Of a stretch of 64,000 nt of DNA, positions 30,937 through 40,908 are shown in pieces. The notes beneath the pieces were generated by a model, which saw only the letters and a list, made by a program, of their open reading frames with translations, searched no databases and was not told the origin of the DNA. Position numbers and translations under genes: made by a program. Every line of letters starts with the position of its first letter. The stretch's first letter is position 1. The DNA is from Longimicrobiales bacterium (lineage in GTDB: Bacteria; Gemmatimonadota; Gemmatimonadetes; Longimicrobiales; Gaopeijiaceae). The DNA is taken from NCBI GenBank assembly GCA_965248195.1, contig CBDFIQ010000002.1, positions 1,056,001-1,120,000 on the forward strand. Reading direction: 5' to 3'.

Positions 30937-31452
30937 ATGAGCGATCGGGCAACGACCCTACTCACAGGGCGAAGAGAAAAGCTCGAGCACGCTTTGGGCC
31001 GCCCCCTCGCTCTTCCGGAGCCCGCCCGCGGGGCCGACCTGTCGGAGTCCGAGCGGGAGCACCTACGCGACGCGGCAACCGACCTTTATCTCAATGAGCT
31101 CGCCTGGGAAAACATCACCGATGAAGAACAGGTCGAGGGCGAACCTCTCGCGGAGCTCGCCTTCCCAGGACTTCTCGCCTTCATCCAGGGTCTTCTTCTG
31201 GAGCAGGTCATGCCGGACTCTCTCGCACCTGCAAATCCGAGGCCGGAGATCGTGGAGGATGTCGTGAGGTTCTTGGCCGAGCGGGTCGTGGCCCTTCAGG
31301 ACGAGATGGGGGGACCCGGTGAGGGGGAGGCCGAGCAGCAGGCACGTGACCTCGCCTTGACGGATCGCCTCCTCGACCTCGTGCTGTTCCGGCTGCACGG
31401 CGTGGATCCGGCGGATGCCGAGGGCTTCAGGGACGCGGCGCAGGCGTCCTGA
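30937..31452 (+). CDS. Hypothetical protein
   Basis: 171-aa acidic, helical-looking ORF with normal composition; no motif recognised. Confidence 0.7.
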   Translation: MSDRATTLLTGRREKLEHALGRPLALPEPARGADLSESEREHLRDAATDLYLNELAWENITDEEQVEGEPLAELAFPGLLAFIQGLLLEQVMPDSLAPANPRPEIVEDVVRFLAERVVALQDEMGGPGEGEAEQQARDLALTDRLLDLVLFRLHGVDPADAEGFRDAAQAS

Positions 31453-31464
31453 ACGCCGTGCCCG

Positions 31465-32310
31465 GTGACGCACCCTCGTTGGCCCCGCCCCGGTTGCCCG
31501 TACCTGGAGGGTAGCCCGCTCTTCATCGCGCACCGCGGAGGCGGAAAGGTTGCCCCTGAGAACACGATGGAGGCCTTCCGACTTGCAGTGGAGACGTGGG
31601 GAGCGGACATATTGGAGACCGACGTGCGCCTCACTTCCGATGGTGAAGTCGTCTTGATCCACGATGCGACCGTGTGCCGTACCTGCGACGGTGAGGGGAC
31701 GGTCGCGGAAATGCCGTGGAATCGGTTGAGGGCGTTGGATGCGGGATACCATTTCCGGGACCTCGCCGGTGAGACGTCTTTCCGGGGAAACGGTGTGTCC
31801 ATTCCCCGATTCGAGGAGGTTCTCGAGGCGTTTCCGGATACGCGGCTGAACGTCGAGACCAAGTGTAGGGAAGTGGCGCAGCCGCTCGTGGAGATCATCC
31901 GGCGGCACCGTGCTCAGGATCGGGTCCTGATCGCAGCTGAAGTGGAAGCGCACCGTAGCGAAGTGCGCGGGTACGGAGGGCCCTGGGGGGCGTCCCGCAG
32001 AGACATCGCCCTCTTCTGGGGTGCTGGATACCTCCGTCTTTCGGCGTGGTTCCGGCCTCGCTTCGACGTTCTACAAGTACCGGAGGTGTGGTACGGAATC
32101 AGGGTCGTTACGCCACGCTTCGTGTCCGAAGCCCATCGGCTGAATCTAGCCGTCCACGTCTGGGTTGTGGACAACGAGCGGGACATGAGCCGGCTCCTCG
32201 CGTGGGGAGTGAACGGCATCCAGACGGATCGGCCGGATGTACTCTCGTGCGTTCTAGCGCAGGAGGCAGGTCGCGCGCTATCCCCTGAATCACCCGGGCC
32301 AGACCGTTGA
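31465..32310 (+). CDS. Glycerophosphodiester phosphodiesterase family
   Basis: IAHRGG, PENTMEAF, ETDV, IHD, GIQTDRP. Confidence 0.92.
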   Translation: MTHPRWPRPGCPYLEGSPLFIAHRGGGKVAPENTMEAFRLAVETWGADILETDVRLTSDGEVVLIHDATVCRTCDGEGTVAEMPWNRLRALDAGYHFRDLAGETSFRGNGVSIPRFEEVLEAFPDTRLNVETKCREVAQPLVEIIRRHRAQDRVLIAAEVEAHRSEVRGYGGPWGASRRDIALFWGAGYLRLSAWFRPRFDVLQVPEVWYGIRVVTPRFVSEAHRLNLAVHVWVVDNERDMSRLLAWGVNGIQTDRPDVLSCVLAQEAGRALSPESPGPDR

Positions 32311-33704
32311 ACGCGTACCTCGGGCTCGCGCACGACTTCACGGGCCACGTCGTGCGGCGTGGGTTCTTTACGGAGGGCGACCGAATCTTGGTTGGCGTTT
32401 CCGGGGGAATGGATTCCTTGTCTCTGCTCCATCTTCTGAGGTTCTCCCCAAGGCTGCCCGCCACCGAACTGGTGGTGTGCCATCTCGACCATCGAATGCG
32501 CCCCGAGAGCGATGCCGATGCTCTCTGGGTTCGCGGCTGGGCCACGGCGTGGGGCCTCGAGTGCCGACTCGGACGGGCCGAGAGCCGTTTGTCGAGCGAG
32601 GAGGAGGCGCGCCAGGCCCGCTACGCGTTTTTCGAGCGGGAGCGGCAGGCGCTAGGAGCAAAATGGGTTCTTACCGCACACCATGCCGACGATCAAGCCG
32701 AGACGATCTTGTTTCGTATCGTACGGGGGACCGGGCTGCACGGTCTCGGGGGTATTCCCGAGAAGAGGGCCCCGGGCATCCTTCGCCCGCTCCTTCCGTT
32801 CACGCAGGATCGTTTGTCCGAGTACGCGGATGCCGCGGGTATTCGCCCACGGGTAGATACCTCCAACGATGATCCGCGCTTCGCCCGCAACGTGATCCGA
32901 AACGAAATCTTGCCTCGTCTCGAATCGGCGGTCGCTCCCGCCGCGCGGCGATCCCTTCTGCGCTTGGGGCGTATCGCGCGTGGAGAGGAGGCCGCGTGGA
33001 GTTCCATTCTCGAAGATTTGATGCGAGGCCTGGTGACCGAGGAGAACGATGTCCGCATCGAAATCGACCGAGTGGCGTTTCTGGGCCACGATGAGGTAGT
33101 GCGGGCTCGAATTATCCGGGAGCTGGCGGGCCGACTGGGCGCCACGCTGGGTGAAGCCGGGACCCGGTCCGCGTTGGCGTTTACGAGCGTCGGTGCCAGC
33201 GGCCACGGGCTCCCGATTTCCGGTACGGTACAGCTGATCCGGTCCTTCGACCGATTGGTCCTCTGCCACACCTCCGAGCCGGGCCTGGACAGGAGCTTCG
33301 ATATCGAGCGTCCTGGGAAGGGGCAGGGGGTCGTCTTGATCGGGGGCCGCGACTGGTCGGTTGTGTGGTCCCTTGAAAGGGGTCCCGTGAGTCCGTGGGT
33401 CGAGAGGTTCTCCGTCTCGGGGCTCGAGTTTCCGGTAACCCTGCGTGGGTGGAGCTCGGGAGATCGCATGAAGCACTCGTATGGATCGAAGAAACTGAAG
33501 AAGATCTTCGGAGAGAAGCGCGTAGCTCTGGAGGAGCGCTCCCGGGTCCCGGTTGTCGTTGACGGCAAAGAAAGGATACTCTGGATCCCGGGCGTGTCCC
33601 GTTCCTCGCTTCTCTTGCCCGGGGCGGAGGATGACGCGCTGATGCTGTCCGTTTCGTCTCCCGTGGTCGAGCCCAACGGTGAGGGCGCGGCGGGCCTTCG
33701 GTGA
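32307..33704 (+). CDS. tilS: tRNA(Ile)-lysidine synthetase
   Basis: VSGGMDS, TAHHADDQAET, RPLL, RNVIR. Confidence 0.93.
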   Translation: MNAYLGLAHDFTGHVVRRGFFTEGDRILVGVSGGMDSLSLLHLLRFSPRLPATELVVCHLDHRMRPESDADALWVRGWATAWGLECRLGRAESRLSSEEEARQARYAFFERERQALGAKWVLTAHHADDQAETILFRIVRGTGLHGLGGIPEKRAPGILRPLLPFTQDRLSEYADAAGIRPRVDTSNDDPRFARNVIRNEILPRLESAVAPAARRSLLRLGRIARGEEAAWSSILEDLMRGLVTEENDVRIEIDRVAFLGHDEVVRARIIRELAGRLGATLGEAGTRSALAFTSVGASGHGLPISGTVQLIRSFDRLVLCHTSEPGLDRSFDIERPGKGQGVVLIGGRDWSVVWSLERGPVSPWVERFSVSGLEFPVTLRGWSSGDRMKHSYGSKKLKKIFGEKRVALEERSRVPVVVDGKERILWIPGVSRSSLLLPGAEDDALMLSVSSPVVEPNGEGAAGLR

Positions 33705-33785
33705 AACCTTCAGCCGCGTGCATTATATTAAGACCATTGTTAACGTCGGGGAGAACTCCGACGCCGCTTGAGGTGTTATCCAAAT

Positions 33786-35933
33786 ATGGCTGAACAAGAC
33801 CCGCTTCGAACGCCGGACGACGGCTCCAAGATGACTCGTGTCTCCAGGACCGGGGCTTTCTGGCTGCTACTCGTTCTCTTGGCGGCTCTCCTTGTCCAAT
33901 TGACGCGAGGGCAGGAGGACGCCGCAATCGAGTTCACCTATACCGAGTTCAGGACGCAACTCGACGGCGACAATATTCTGGAGGTTACGGTCGTCGAGAG
34001 CAGGCGAATCGAGGGCGAGCTCAGGGCCCCCCGCATGGAGGAGGGCCGCGAATTCCAGCAATTCACGACGATGCTCCCGGGTGAGATCAGCGCTGAGCTT
34101 CTCGCCGACCTGGAGCAGCACGATGTCGAAATCTCAGGTCAGCTGGAGACGCGGGGATGGGGTACGCTCCTCGTGGGATTCCTGCCCTGGGTATTGTTCA
34201 TCGCATTCTGGATCTGGATTTTTCGGACCATGCAGGGTGGGGGCAATCGCGCGTTTCAGTTCGGACGTTCCAAGGCGAAGATGATTTCCCCCGAAGCGCC
34301 CAAGGTGACGTTCGCGGACATTGCCGGCGCGGAGGAGGCCAAGAATGAGCTCGAGGAGGTCATCGATTTCCTCAAGGACCCCCAGCGGTTTTCGCGGCTC
34401 GGGGGCCGTCTGCCCAAGGGTGTTCTCTTGGTGGGCCCTCCCGGAACGGGCAAGACGCTCCTCGCACGGGCTGTCGCCGGAGAGGCGGCCAGGCCGTTCT
34501 TCCAGATGTCGGGTTCGGACTTCGTCGAGATGTTCGTCGGGGTGGGCGCCTCCCGGGTCCGGGACCTCTTCGAGCAAGGGAAGGCGCACGCCCCCTGCAT
34601 CATCTTCATCGACGAGATCGATGCCGTAGGCCGCCACCGCGGAGCGGGCCTGGGTGGCGGGCACGACGAGCGGGAACAGACGCTGAACGCCCTCCTGGTC
34701 GAGATGGACGGCTTCGAGACGAACGAGGGGGTGATTCTACTGGCGGCCACCAACCGGCCGGATGTGCTCGATCCCGCCCTTCTGAGACCGGGCCGCTTCG
34801 ATCGTCAGGTGATCGTGGATTTCCCCGACATTCGGGGGCGGGAAGGGATTCTCCGGGTGCACGCCAAGAAGCTACCCCTCGCTGCGGATGTGGAACTGAA
34901 GGTCGTGGCCAAGGGCACGCCCGGGCTCAGCGGCGCGGATCTCGCGAATATCTGTAACGAAGCCGCTCTCCTGGCGGCTCGGGACGACAGCGCCAAGGTC
35001 GACATGTCTCATTTCGAGGCCGCGAAGGACAAGGTTATGCTCGGCGCTGAGCGGCGGAGCCTGGTTCTGACCGATTCGGAACGCAAGCTAACGGCGTATC
35101 ACGAGGCTGGGCATGCCGTCATCGGGCTGAGGCTGCCGGGGCTCGACCCGCTGCACAAGGTTACGATCGTGCCCAGGGGCAGTGCGCTCGGACTCACGGC
35201 CAGCCTACCACAGGAGGATCGGCACTCGTATACGAAGGAGTGGCTTGAAGGACAACTCGGCATGCTGTTCGGGGGGCGCGTCGCGGAGGAGTTGATCTTC
35301 GGACGCGAGAAGATCACCACGGGGGCGGGGAACGACATCGAGAGGGCGACGGCCATGGCGAGGCAGATGGTGACTCGCTTCGGTATGTCGGACGTGATCG
35401 GACTCATGGCGATCGGACAGGCCGACCAGGAGGTCTTCCTGGGCCGGGAGTTGGTTCAGCGCCGGGAGATCTCGGAGCACACTGCCCAACAGGTGGATCA
35501 GGAAATCAAACGTGTGTTGGATGAGGCCGAGGAGCGCGCTCGCTTGATCGTCACGGAGAACACGGATCTCCTCGAACGCATCGCACAAGGGCTCCTCGAA
35601 CGGGAAACCCTGGACGCTATCGACATCGGCCTCCTGGACGCAGGCGAGGAGCTTCCGCCCCTCCCGACCGAGGACGATGAAGCCGAGGACGGCTCGGAGG
35701 AGTCGGAAGGAGGTCCGGCGGACGGCGGGGAGCTGGAGGCGAACGCAGCGGGCACGGATCTGGACGAGCTGGACGCCGCATCAGTGGATGAGGTGGAAAC
35801 GGAAACGAAAGTACCCACGGCGGTGAAGCTTGGTGACGAGCCGTCCGGTGACGAAGAGACGAGCTCCGGTAAGGCGCGCACTCCCGCAGTGCGACTCAGC
35901 GCCGAGGACCCGGAGGCCGACGCCTCAGGCTAG
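33786..35933 (+). CDS. ftsH: ATP-dependent zinc metalloprotease FtsH with acidic C-terminal tail
   Basis: Two TMs, [29 protein letters not shown]. Confidence 0.97.
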   Translation: MAEQDPLRTPDDGSKMTRVSRTGAFWLLLVLLAALLVQLTRGQEDAAIEFTYTEFRTQLDGDNILEVTVVESRRIEGELRAPRMEEGREFQQFTTMLPGEISAELLADLEQHDVEISGQLETRGWGTLLVGFLPWVLFIAFWIWIFRTMQGGGNRAFQFGRSKAKMISPEAPKVTFADIAGAEEAKNELEEVIDFLKDPQRFSRLGGRLPKGVLLVGPPGTGKTLLARAVAGEAARPFFQMSGSDFVEMFVGVGASRVRDLFEQGKAHAPCIIFIDEIDAVGRHRGAGLGGGHDEREQTLNALLVEMDGFETNEGVILLAATNRPDVLDPALLRPGRFDRQVIVDFPDIRGREGILRVHAKKLPLAADVELKVVAKGTPGLSGADLANICNEAALLAARDDSAKVDMSHFEAAKDKVMLGAERRSLVLTDSERKLTAYHEAGHAVIGLRLPGLDPLHKVTIVPRGSALGLTASLPQEDRHSYTKEWLEGQLGMLFGGRVAEELIFGREKITTGAGNDIERATAMARQMVTRFGMSDVIGLMAIGQADQEVFLGRELVQRREISEHTAQQVDQEIKRVLDEAEERARLIVTENTDLLERIAQGLLERETLDAIDIGLLDAGEELPPLPTEDDEAEDGSEESEGGPADGGELEANAAGTDLDELDAASVDEVETETKVPTAVKLGDEPSGDEETSSGKARTPAVRLSAEDPEADASG

Positions 35934-35939
35934 TCCACC

Positions 35940-36740
35940 GTGTCTCAAATCTGGTCCCAGCTCCAGTTCTTAGTGCCCTCATGGCTGGACTTCCTTCAGA
36001 TCGCCTTCGTGGCCTTCCTGCTATTCCGAATCCTACTCATCATTCAACGGACCCGGGCCATGCAGATTCTGCTCGGGGTCCTCGTCATCGCGGCCGCCTA
36101 TTTGATGTCTCAGGTGCTGAGACTGACGCTCATCGAAACGCTGCTCGAATACCTACTGCAATACGGCGCGTTCGCGGCGCTCGTGGTGTTCCAGCCAGAG
36201 CTCCGGACGGCGCTCAGCCGTCTGGGTCAGACCCGACTCCTGCGCATGGTGAGCCCGATGCCGGAGAACCAGCTCATCGACGAGATCGTGCACGCCGTGG
36301 CAGAGCTCGCCCGAAAGAAGACTGGCGCGATCATCGCCCTGGAGCAGGAGGTAGGCCTCGATGAGTACGCGCAGACGGGTAGCCGGGAGCGGGTCGGCGT
36401 TTCGGCGGCGATGCTCCAGACGATCTTTACGCCCGGGACGCCGTTGCACGATGGCGCGGTGATCATCGTGGGGGCCGAAATTCGAGCCGCGGGCGCGATT
36501 CTACCGTTGACGCAGTATGCCGTCTCCGACAAGACGTTGGGCACACGACATCGCGCCGCGATCGGCCTCAGCGAGGAGACCGACGCCCTCGTCATCGTGG
36601 TCAGTGAAGAGTCGGCAAAGATCTCGGTTGCGTTGCAGGGACGCCTCGAGCGGGATGTCGACGTGGCTCGCCTGCGGGAGATTCTCGGTGGAACCCTGCC
36701 CGAGCGCTCCCCCGCTCTTGCGTCGCCCACCCTCGCTTGA
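35940..36740 (+). CDS. cdaA: Diadenylate cyclase CdaA/DacA
   Basis: Three N-terminal TMs, FQPELR, PLHDGA, LGTRHRAA. Confidence 0.93.
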   Translation: MSQIWSQLQFLVPSWLDFLQIAFVAFLLFRILLIIQRTRAMQILLGVLVIAAAYLMSQVLRLTLIETLLEYLLQYGAFAALVVFQPELRTALSRLGQTRLLRMVSPMPENQLIDEIVHAVAELARKKTGAIIALEQEVGLDEYAQTGSRERVGVSAAMLQTIFTPGTPLHDGAVIIVGAEIRAAGAILPLTQYAVSDKTLGTRHRAAIGLSEETDALVIVVSEESAKISVALQGRLERDVDVARLREILGGTLPERSPALASPTLA

Positions 36741-36900
36741 TGTTGCCCCTCACTCGCTAGATAGCGTAGTGGGGATTTTCGCACTTCTGTTCGCCCCCTA
36801 CTAGGAATTTTGGGGCCGCGACCGTACATTTCCGCCAACTCAATTCTATGGGTCGTCGAAGCATCGGCGATCAGCGGACTGTTTTACGAAGGAGCGGCGC

Positions 36901-37629
36901 TTGGACGCAAGCCAATATCACCTACTGTCGTTGTTCTCCGATGGCGGGTTCATGATGTATCCGCTCGTGCTTTGTTCGCTTATAGCGCTGGGCGTGATCA
37001 TTGCCAAGTCGTGGACGCTATACGTTGCGCATGCGAGCACTCAGGTCGTGCTCGCCGAGGTCGAGGAGGCCGCTTCCGAGGGCCGCATAGCCGACGCTGC
37101 CGAGCTCGCGGCGGCCCGTCCCGGCCCGGCGGCCGCGATTCTTGTGGCTGGGCTGCGCCGCATCGCATCAGGCGAAAAAGGCGAGAAGGAGTTGGCTACG
37201 GCCATTCGCACCACGGGGACGATCGAGCTCGGATTCCTTGAGCGGGGCCTCGTCATTTTGGCCACCGTGGCCAACGTTGCGCCGCTCATGGGCTTCCTGG
37301 GCACCGTTGTCGGAATGATTCTCGCGTTCGCCGCCATCGAGGCCGCCGGCGATGTCGACCCGACGCTCGTGGCCGGTGGGATCAAGGTGGCATTGCTGAC
37401 GACGGCGACTGGGCTTTTGATCGCGATTCCCGTCAATATTGGGTACAACTTCTTCGTTACACGCATCGACGCCCTGATCCTCGACATGGAGCAAGGCGCG
37501 CAGAAGGTCCTCGACCTTGCCTATGGCCGGGGGATTGACCGAACGTTGGCCTCGACCGGGGCTGGCGGTGCGGCGCCATCGGTGAATATTCCGGCCGGAG
37601 ACTCGGGCTCCGGCGAGGCGACAACGTAA
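36901..37629 (+). CDS. MotA/TolQ/ExbB proton channel
   Basis: APLMGFLGTVVGMI, ALLTTATGL. Confidence 0.92.
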   Translation: MDASQYHLLSLFSDGGFMMYPLVLCSLIALGVIIAKSWTLYVAHASTQVVLAEVEEAASEGRIADAAELAAARPGPAAAILVAGLRRIASGEKGEKELATAIRTTGTIELGFLERGLVILATVANVAPLMGFLGTVVGMILAFAAIEAAGDVDPTLVAGGIKVALLTTATGLLIAIPVNIGYNFFVTRIDALILDMEQGAQKVLDLAYGRGIDRTLASTGAGGAAPSVNIPAGDSGSGEATT

Positions 37630-37692
37630 CGCGATTCGAGGAACCTTTCCGGCGGGCAGCCGGTACCTGGGCACTTATGCGAGGGCTACAGA

Positions 37693-38118
37693 ATGGCCGT
37701 ACTGGATAAGAAAAAATCGAAGGTCAGCGACGAGGTCCCGTCCGCGTCGATGGCGGACATCGCGTTCCTGCTTCTGATCTTCTTCCTGGTGACCACGACG
37801 TTCCCGAAGGACAGGGGGCTCGCGATCGTCCTTCCCGAGGAGGGAGGCGAGGTCCAGATCAGTGCGCAGAACATCCTTCACATCATCATTCAGCCCAATG
37901 GGATCGTCGAAGTGAAGCGTGGTGAGAGCCAGCAGGTGCAGAGGGTACCGGCCAACGACATCGAGGCGATTTGGCGACAGGATGTGGCTGCCAACGAGAA
38001 CCTGATCGCCGCGGTGAAGACGCATCCCGATGCGTCCTACAAGTTCATGGTAGACGTGTTGGATGCGCTTCACACAGCCGGTGCTGAGCGTATTTCCTTG
38101 CAACTCTTCGAGGGTTAG
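37693..38118 (+). CDS. ExbD/TolR biopolymer transporter
   Basis: SMADIAFLLLIFFLV. Confidence 0.9.
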   Translation: MAVLDKKKSKVSDEVPSASMADIAFLLLIFFLVTTTFPKDRGLAIVLPEEGGEVQISAQNILHIIIQPNGIVEVKRGESQQVQRVPANDIEAIWRQDVAANENLIAAVKTHPDASYKFMVDVLDALHTAGAERISLQLFEG

Positions 38119-38123
38119 AGGCC

Positions 38124-38573
38124 ATGCCGATCAAAGGGGGAGGATTCTCGCGGAAGTCCCAGGCGTCTTCAGACGTGCCGAACTCCTCGATGGCCGATAT
38201 CGCTTTCTTACTTCTCATCTTCTTCATGGTGACCACCGTTTTCCAGAAGGACCGGAACCGGCCTATCGTATGGCCGCAGGCGGAGGCCACACAGAAAATC
38301 GATGAGAAACTGAAGAACATTCTCAACGTTTGGGTGCAGCGAGACGGGGACATCTTCATCAACGACCGGCCCTATACACTGGGAGAGGTTTCCAGTGTGG
38401 TAGCCCCGCTCTACGCCGCGTCCGATCGGGCGCTGGTGATCTCGATCCGAGGGGATCGGGAGGTACCGTACAACACGATCGACTTGCTTCAGAAGCAGTT
38501 GGTGGCGGCCGGAGTCGTTCGCGTCGTGTTCGCCACCGAGTTGGAGCAACGCATGACACGGGAGAGACGATGA
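38124..38573 (+). CDS. ExbD/TolR biopolymer transporter (second copy)
   Basis: SMADIAFLLLIFFMV, IRGDREVPY. Confidence 0.9.
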   Translation: MPIKGGGFSRKSQASSDVPNSSMADIAFLLLIFFMVTTVFQKDRNRPIVWPQAEATQKIDEKLKNILNVWVQRDGDIFINDRPYTLGEVSSVVAPLYAASDRALVISIRGDREVPYNTIDLLQKQLVAAGVVRVVFATELEQRMTRERR

Positions 38574-39259
38574 ACGCGCAAGCCATCCCCGCCGAGGCGG
38601 CGACCGACAAATTCGAGACGGAAAACGACCGATTCAAGCGGTCGTTCGGATCATGGTTTTGGGGCTCGATGATCGCAGCGACGGTCGTCCACTTCATGCT
38701 TTTTCAGTTCTGGCCGACTCAAACGGCGGAGGACGTGTCGTTCACCGCCGAGGAGTTGGAGATGATCGAGCTTCCGCCGGAAATTGAGATCCCGCCGCCG
38801 CCCGACGCGATCTCGCGGCCCGCGACGCCCGTGATGGCTACCGCGGACATCGATGATGATATCACGATTGCCCCGACTACGTTCGCGGACAATCCAGTTG
38901 AAGACCTCCCGCCGCCACCCACCGACGATGGGGTGTCGGATATCTCCGCGGCTCCGGTGTTCACGCCGATGACGGTCCGGCCGGAGATCAGGAACCGGCC
39001 CGAGGTTCAGGCAGCCCTGATGAGGGAGTATCCTCCCATTCTTCGGGATTCCGGAATCGGCGGGACGGTGGTCGTTTGGTTTTTCATTACGGAAGACGGC
39101 ATAGTTCAGGACAAGAGAGTGTCTCAGGGTTCAGGTCAGGCGCAGTTCGACGAGGCGGCCCTCAAGGTCGCGGACGTCTTCAGGTTTACGCCAGCTCTGA
39201 ACCGGGACCAGAGGGTCCAGGTTTGGATTGAGGTGCCGATTACTTTCCAGGTCCTATAG
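38570..39259 (+). CDS. Energy transducer TonB
   Basis: TM with conserved His, Pro-rich linker, YP..GIGGTV..FTPA C-terminal domain; ATGA overlap. Confidence 0.9.
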   Translation: MNAQAIPAEAATDKFETENDRFKRSFGSWFWGSMIAATVVHFMLFQFWPTQTAEDVSFTAEELEMIELPPEIEIPPPPDAISRPATPVMATADIDDDITIAPTTFADNPVEDLPPPPTDDGVSDISAAPVFTPMTVRPEIRNRPEVQAALMREYPPILRDSGIGGTVVVWFFITEDGIVQDKRVSQGSGQAQFDEAALKVADVFRFTPALNRDQRVQVWIEVPITFQVL

Positions 39260-39285
39260 CGGCTGGGCCCGACGGTTCTTCGGAG

Positions 39286-39322
39286 ACGACCCCGCCGGCG
39301 TGGCCGGTGGGGTCGTTTTTTT
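39286..39322 (+). terminator. Intrinsic terminator after tonB
   Basis: ACGACCCCGCCGGC-GTG-GCCGGTGGGGTCGT followed by a T run. Confidence 0.85.
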
Positions 39323-39355
39323 CGATCCGTACCCCTGCCCGCGCGATGCGATAGA

Positions 39356-40069
39356 ATGATCACCTCCACCTACGATGAGCGGGTCACGGCGTCGCTGCCG
39401 GAGATCCGGGACCGGATCTCCAGCGCGGCGCGGCGTAGCGGGCGTAGCTCGGACGAAGTCACGTTGGTGGCGGTGAGCAAAGCGCATCCCATCGAGGCCG
39501 TTCATGCGGCACTTTCGCATGGTCTGTTCGATTTGGGGGAGAATAGGACGGAGGAGCTCGAATGGAAGCGCGCGGCAGTGGAAGACGGGCGGGCTCAGTG
39601 GCATATGATTGGCCATGTCCAGCGGAGGAAAGCGCCGCGGCTCGTCGGGGTGGCCGATCTGGTCCATTCGATCGATTCCGTCCGGCTTGCCGAGCGGCTC
39701 TCGAACGCGGCCGTCGAGGCGCACAAGGTCGTTTCCGTGCTGGTGCAGGTGAACACATCGGGAGAGGAAAGCAAAGCCGGCTTTCGGGGCGGCGGCCTCA
39801 AGGACGAAATTCTGAAGGTTCTCACTTTACCGGGCGTGGAAGTTCGCGGACTCATGACCATGGCTCCGTTCACGGATGACGAGGCACTGCTTCGGCGAAC
39901 CTTCGAGGGTGTCCGGATCCTCCATGAGGAGCTTCGGGCGGTCGAGGGGTATTGTGGGGACCATCTTTCAATGGGTATGACGAACGATTTCGAGATTGCT
40001 ATCGAGGAGGGCAGCACAATGATTCGGATCGGCACCGCTCTTTTCGGGACACGAATGCTCCATGATTGA
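39356..40069 (+). CDS. yggS: PLP homeostasis protein YggS
   Basis: VAVSK, WHMIG, GLMTM, LSMGMTND, RIGTALFG. Confidence 0.94.
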   Translation: MITSTYDERVTASLPEIRDRISSAARRSGRSSDEVTLVAVSKAHPIEAVHAALSHGLFDLGENRTEELEWKRAAVEDGRAQWHMIGHVQRRKAPRLVGVADLVHSIDSVRLAERLSNAAVEAHKVVSVLVQVNTSGEESKAGFRGGGLKDEILKVLTLPGVEVRGLMTMAPFTDDEALLRRTFEGVRILHEELRAVEGYCGDHLSMGMTNDFEIAIEEGSTMIRIGTALFGTRMLHD

Positions 40070-40898
40070 CCTCACGCCGTTGGACGTGCGGAAGAAGCGG
40101 GGAGATTTCGGCAAGGGCCTTCGGGGTTACGACCCGCCGGAGGTCGACGGATTCCTCGAGTTGGTCGCTGAGCGGATGGAGGAGTTGGTGAAAGAAAACC
40201 TCACTTTCCGAAAAAAAATAGAACAGTTGGGAGAACAGGTCGTCGTACAGGAGGGGCGTGAACAGGCGGTTCGGGAGGCATTGGTGACCGCGCAGGAGCT
40301 CCGCCAGGATGTGGAAAAGCAGGCCCGCCGAGAAGCGAAGCTCCTAGAACGGGAAGCACGAGGGCGTATTGAGGGAATGATCCTGAAATCCGAGAAACTC
40401 CTCACGGAGCACCGCGCCGCTCTGCAGGAGTCGGAGCGCCAACGCGAGCGTTTCTTGAAGTCTTTTCGGATCTTCCTGGAGCGTGAACTGGACACGATCG
40501 AGGTTGAGCTTGGCAGAGCCCCGCTCGAAGATGTCACGCTTGAGTTCGAACTCGGAAAAGCGAGCTGGTCGATCGGGGAAGACGACCAAGAAGAAGAAGA
40601 CGACGACGCGGGCGGAGTTGAGGACGTGTCTGCGTCGGAATCGCCGGAGACCGCGGAGGGTGCGGAGACCGCGCAGGGGGCGGAGACCGCGGGGGGGGCG
40701 GAGACCGCGCAGGGGGCGGTCGTCGCTGACGACCTGCCAGTCGCCGGATCGGCTTTCCCGCAGGAGGAGGATGGGGCGACGGAGGCTGAAGGGCAGCGAC
40801 TCCCCGAAGGGCAGGAGGGTGCGGACTCGCTGTGGCTATCTTCCATAATGAGAGATCAGGAGGAGGAGGAGGAGGAGGAGGAGGAGGACGCCAAGTGA
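40062..40898 (+). CDS. DivIVA domain protein with acidic repeat tail
   Basis: LTPLDV..LRGYD..EVDGFL; tail with (AETAxG) x4 and nine consecutive Glu. Confidence 0.88.
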   Translation: MIDLTPLDVRKKRGDFGKGLRGYDPPEVDGFLELVAERMEELVKENLTFRKKIEQLGEQVVVQEGREQAVREALVTAQELRQDVEKQARREAKLLEREARGRIEGMILKSEKLLTEHRAALQESERQRERFLKSFRIFLERELDTIEVELGRAPLEDVTLEFELGKASWSIGEDDQEEEDDDAGGVEDVSASESPETAEGAETAQGAETAGGAETAQGAVVADDLPVAGSAFPQEEDGATEAEGQRLPEGQEGADSLWLSSIMRDQEEEEEEEEEDAK

Positions 40899-40908
40899 CG
40901 GCCGTGAC

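Noticed and set aside
36740..36901. Riboswitch upstream of the exbB/exbD/tonB operon
   Set aside because: No recognisable cobalamin, TPP or c-di-AMP aptamer motifs by eye; an Rfam scan would be needed.
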